A stretch of DNA of 36,342 bases from Toensbergia leucococca (lineage: Eukaryota). The stretch is taken from positions 1 through 36,342 of the forward strand of contig JALDZS010000219.1 of the NCBI GenBank assembly GCA_022813965.1, in the 5' to 3' direction. Numbering within the stretch: position 1 is the stretch's first letter; each line of letters begins with the position of its first letter. Below the pieces are notes generated by a model. It saw only the letters and a program-made list of their open reading frames with translations, made no database searches and had not been told where the DNA came from. Below, in pieces: positions 33,694 to 36,342 of the stretch. Made by a program: the position numbers and the translations under genes.

Positions 33694-34017
33694 ATGCCCA
33701 ATAAAGAGCGGACCCAAGTCTCCCCTCACGTAAGTTCTGTGCCTACAACTCAATAAAGTATGACTGAGTCTCATTGCCCTTTCAAGGTGGGTTTCTACAA
33801 GAGCTTTGGGCGACCAATTGCAAAAGTATTCCTCGGGGCTGTATTTACTTACCAAGCTACGTATTGGCTATGGCTTAAGCTAAATATTGACGAGCTCAAG
33901 GAACAAAAGAAAGGTAAGTAACAGACTGCACGAGACATTTTGGAACAAACACCGACAGTCTACACAGACAAGATACGTGATTTAAACGAAGAACTTGATA
34001 GAATCTCCACAAAGTAG
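33694..34017 (+). CDS. Small mitochondrial inner-membrane protein, INA17-like (ATP synthase assembly); start codon uncertain
   Basis: Exons 33694-33729, 33787-33913 and 33968-34017 (both donors GTAAGT) give MPNKERTQVSPH|VGFYKSFGRPIAKVFLGAVFTYQATYWLWLKLNIDELKEQKK|DKIRDLNEELDRISTK: one TM segment then a coiled coil. The FGRPIAKVFL..TYQ..YW.W.KL motif is recognised as Ina17-like. Confidence 0.78.
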
Positions 34018-35085
34018 CGTTCATCAAATGCAAAGAGAGTCGTGTCTGTTGAAGCATTACAGCGTGTGTTGTGATAATGTTAAATGGCCATGTTTCGGGG
34101 AGAAGGAATGCCGAGTACTGGAAAGCTTGGGGCCTTTAATATCTAGGTGCCACATCGGGTACTGGTAATATCTACGGCGTGTGGAAGTATAAAGGGACAT
34201 TTGAAAACCATACCAGCTCCAACAACAACTGGCAAATCAGCCATGAAAAGTCATGGTAGGAATCGCGAGCAAGGCAGCATTCTTGGACTTGAAGCAAGGA
34301 AGTTTCGAATGGTGTTGAAAGGTTGAGACTGGACAAACTGAAGAGCAAAGAGACTGAGAAGCTTGAGCCTACCATTGAATCAGTCGTAGATCTCTAAGCC
34401 TACCCTCGTCGATGAGCACCATAGACCATCGTACATCACTCACCACATGAGCTCTCATCCGTGACTCCGATAGCGACAGCGAAATTCCACTCGTCAATTG
34501 GTCAAGTCAAAGGTATAAGAGTGAGCTTGAAAGCTCTTAAATTGCAGTGAGCAGTTGAAGAAGTTGGATACTTTCGACAAAACGCTAGACTTTTATCAAT
34601 GTTGGCCACACATTGGACAGAAGACACTCCCTGGTTACGCTCTCAACACCTAATCTAGTCACTCAGCAATCAGTCTCATCACCTCTTCATCTCTTGGCTG
34701 TGTTGTGTCGTAAACGTTCCCATTTGTGTCTTTGCACTTGCGTTGCTGAAATCTCCTGTGTTGATTGATCACCACTCTCTACGCCTCATGCACTTTTCTC
34801 CACAGCCGCTAATAATCTAGCTTCACAATCGCAAACCATAGGTTCTCGGAGCTGCAGTGTACCTCTGACTCCTGAGGGTTTCAGTCCCTGTTTGACTTTA
34901 TTTGCTGATACACAAAACTCAATCTGGTGGAACCTTTCCTTTTGACCATCGCCATTCTTTAGACAAATGCTACGTGTACCTGAGCTGTGCGTTTTTTTGT
35001 GAACCTCCTTCAAGATGTTAAATGTCTAGAAATATTTTATTCAAAGTAGCAAAGGATGTCTGCATCATATTTTATAGGCTTCTGA

Positions 35086-36342
35086 TACATGGACGCCCTC
35101 CCCCTCCCCCCCCCTCACCAACTAGCGGCCGGGCGCAAAACCATTGAGGGAAATTTTATCATTCTGCACCACATCTTGCCTCAATTCCTCATCACTTCAC
35201 AAGTCAAATACCTGTTTCATTTGCGTGTCATCTAGAAGTCAAACTACCTAGAAGAAAAACCATGCTTCTGTATTACATTCTAACTTGATTTCCTTACCCT
35301 TAGACACATGATCACTCCTTAGGCGCAATTTATCTACTTTCTTTCAAAATCATGAAATACTCTGTTATTCACAGACACAGTGACATTCAGATTTACTTCT
35401 GCACCTTCTTATGAGGTGAAGGTAGATCAAATCTCATGCTATTGTGTCAGGGGTAAAAAATTAAGTAAAAACATAATACAATATTAGAATAATTCTCTAT
35501 TGCAGTAAAGGTAATAGATAACACAGAATTATAAGACATCTTTTATAAGACATGTAATAATAGAAGAGAATTAAGGCAAATTGTGATGCAGAAGTGATTT
35601 TGTGCTCAGTCACTAGTTAAGAAAGAGTGTAAGAGGAGCATTTATATATTAAAAAGGGGCATTCATGTATTAGAAGTCATTTTATATCTCTTATGTGTTA
35701 TATATATATACTTTTTCTTTGACTACTGTCACTGATTTATAGAATATATAAGGTCTCTATACTATCTCTTTTACTATTATATCTGCAGTTATTTATTAGT
35801 GTTATTATAGAGAATAGTGTCTAAGTAACGCAATTAATTAAGTCATTAACATTATATATTAATTTCTTTTATACTAATCATGTAAATAAATCTTTTTTCT
35901 TAGTTATAATAATTTATTATAATCTTTTTATTATTAAGATATAAGTCAATAAGATTAAACATGAAGAGATATATAATACTTTATCTAAAACCCTTTAGAT
36001 TACTAAGAACATTCCTTTAAATAGTTTAGCTGCAGCTATTTAGAAGGAGTACACTTACCTATGCAGAGTAATTAATTATTTAATCAGAATAATACCTTAA
36101 ATGTAAAATGTACTGATGCATTTAAGATAACTTGTGCTTGATGTCTTACTAAAATGCAGAGTTATTCTAATTTTTATCAATTAGTGACATCACATCTTAC
36201 CTTTTTAAATGACTGCAGGTTAAACATTTAAAGAAATAAAGTAATATATAAAGAAGATGAAGACTAACATACTACTCTCAGATATTAGATGTTTCTGTTT
36301 GTTATAGTTTACCCTAGCATCCTAGCTTATACACAGACCAAG
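35086..36342. mobile_element. AT-rich, heavily mutated repeat/transposon relic (RIP-like), truncated by the window end; family not identifiable
   Basis: Abrupt loss of ORFs and rising AT and TpA content. Only three CpG dinucleotides counted by eye between 35140 and 36342. The tract begins at a GC-rich, C-run-containing block (35086-35142) resembling an element terminus. Confidence 0.72.

Noticed and set aside
34640..35013. Short minus-strand ORF (34786-35013) with apparent continuation past TGA codons beside the repeat
   Set aside because: It may be a coding relic, but there is no ATG start or recognisable motif, so support is insufficient.
30200..36342. Possible Starship or other giant-element boundary
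   Set aside because: No tyrosine-recombinase captain or cargo-type genes are visible, and RAMP4 and INA17 are ordinary housekeeping genes.

Overview
Gene-dense, intron-rich nuclear DNA from a filamentous ascomycete (Pezizomycotina). This is inferred from the short GT-AG introns, CTRAY-type branch points and gene content; the species cannot be determined from the window. Manual splicing gives 15 protein-coding genes: a small heat-shock protein with a perfect upstream HSE, a 1063-aa low-complexity hypothetical protein, ATG10, a U2B''/U1A-family RRM protein, ARPC1, a 352-aa unknown protein, MRI1, a C2-domain protein, a synaptojanin-like phosphatase, a 163-aa unknown protein, a Pro/Ala-rich protein with a fungal ubiquitin-like domain, EMC2, AP-3 delta, RAMP4/SERP1 and an INA17-like gene. 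ATG10, RAMP4 and INA17 are largely or wholly invisible in the ORF track. The right end holds a ~2 kb pseudogene with C-to-T-type nonsense changes and an AT-rich, CpG-depleted (RIP-like) repeat relic running off the window. I see no CRISPR, rRNA, tRNA or biosynthetic cluster, and no clear multi-gene novel system. The best leads are: (i) an uncharacterised domain fused to C2 whose motif spacing recalls IQM/Rhs-toxin (possibly ADP-ribosyltransferase-like) domains; (ii) a CaaX-ending protein whose TGA-CGG stop is followed by 107 open codons; (iii) several splice or translation switches (a stop-creating NAGNAG, a candidate poison exon in ATG10, an AUG-less presequence in INA17, a GC-AG intron). All family calls come from motif recognition, not database searches.
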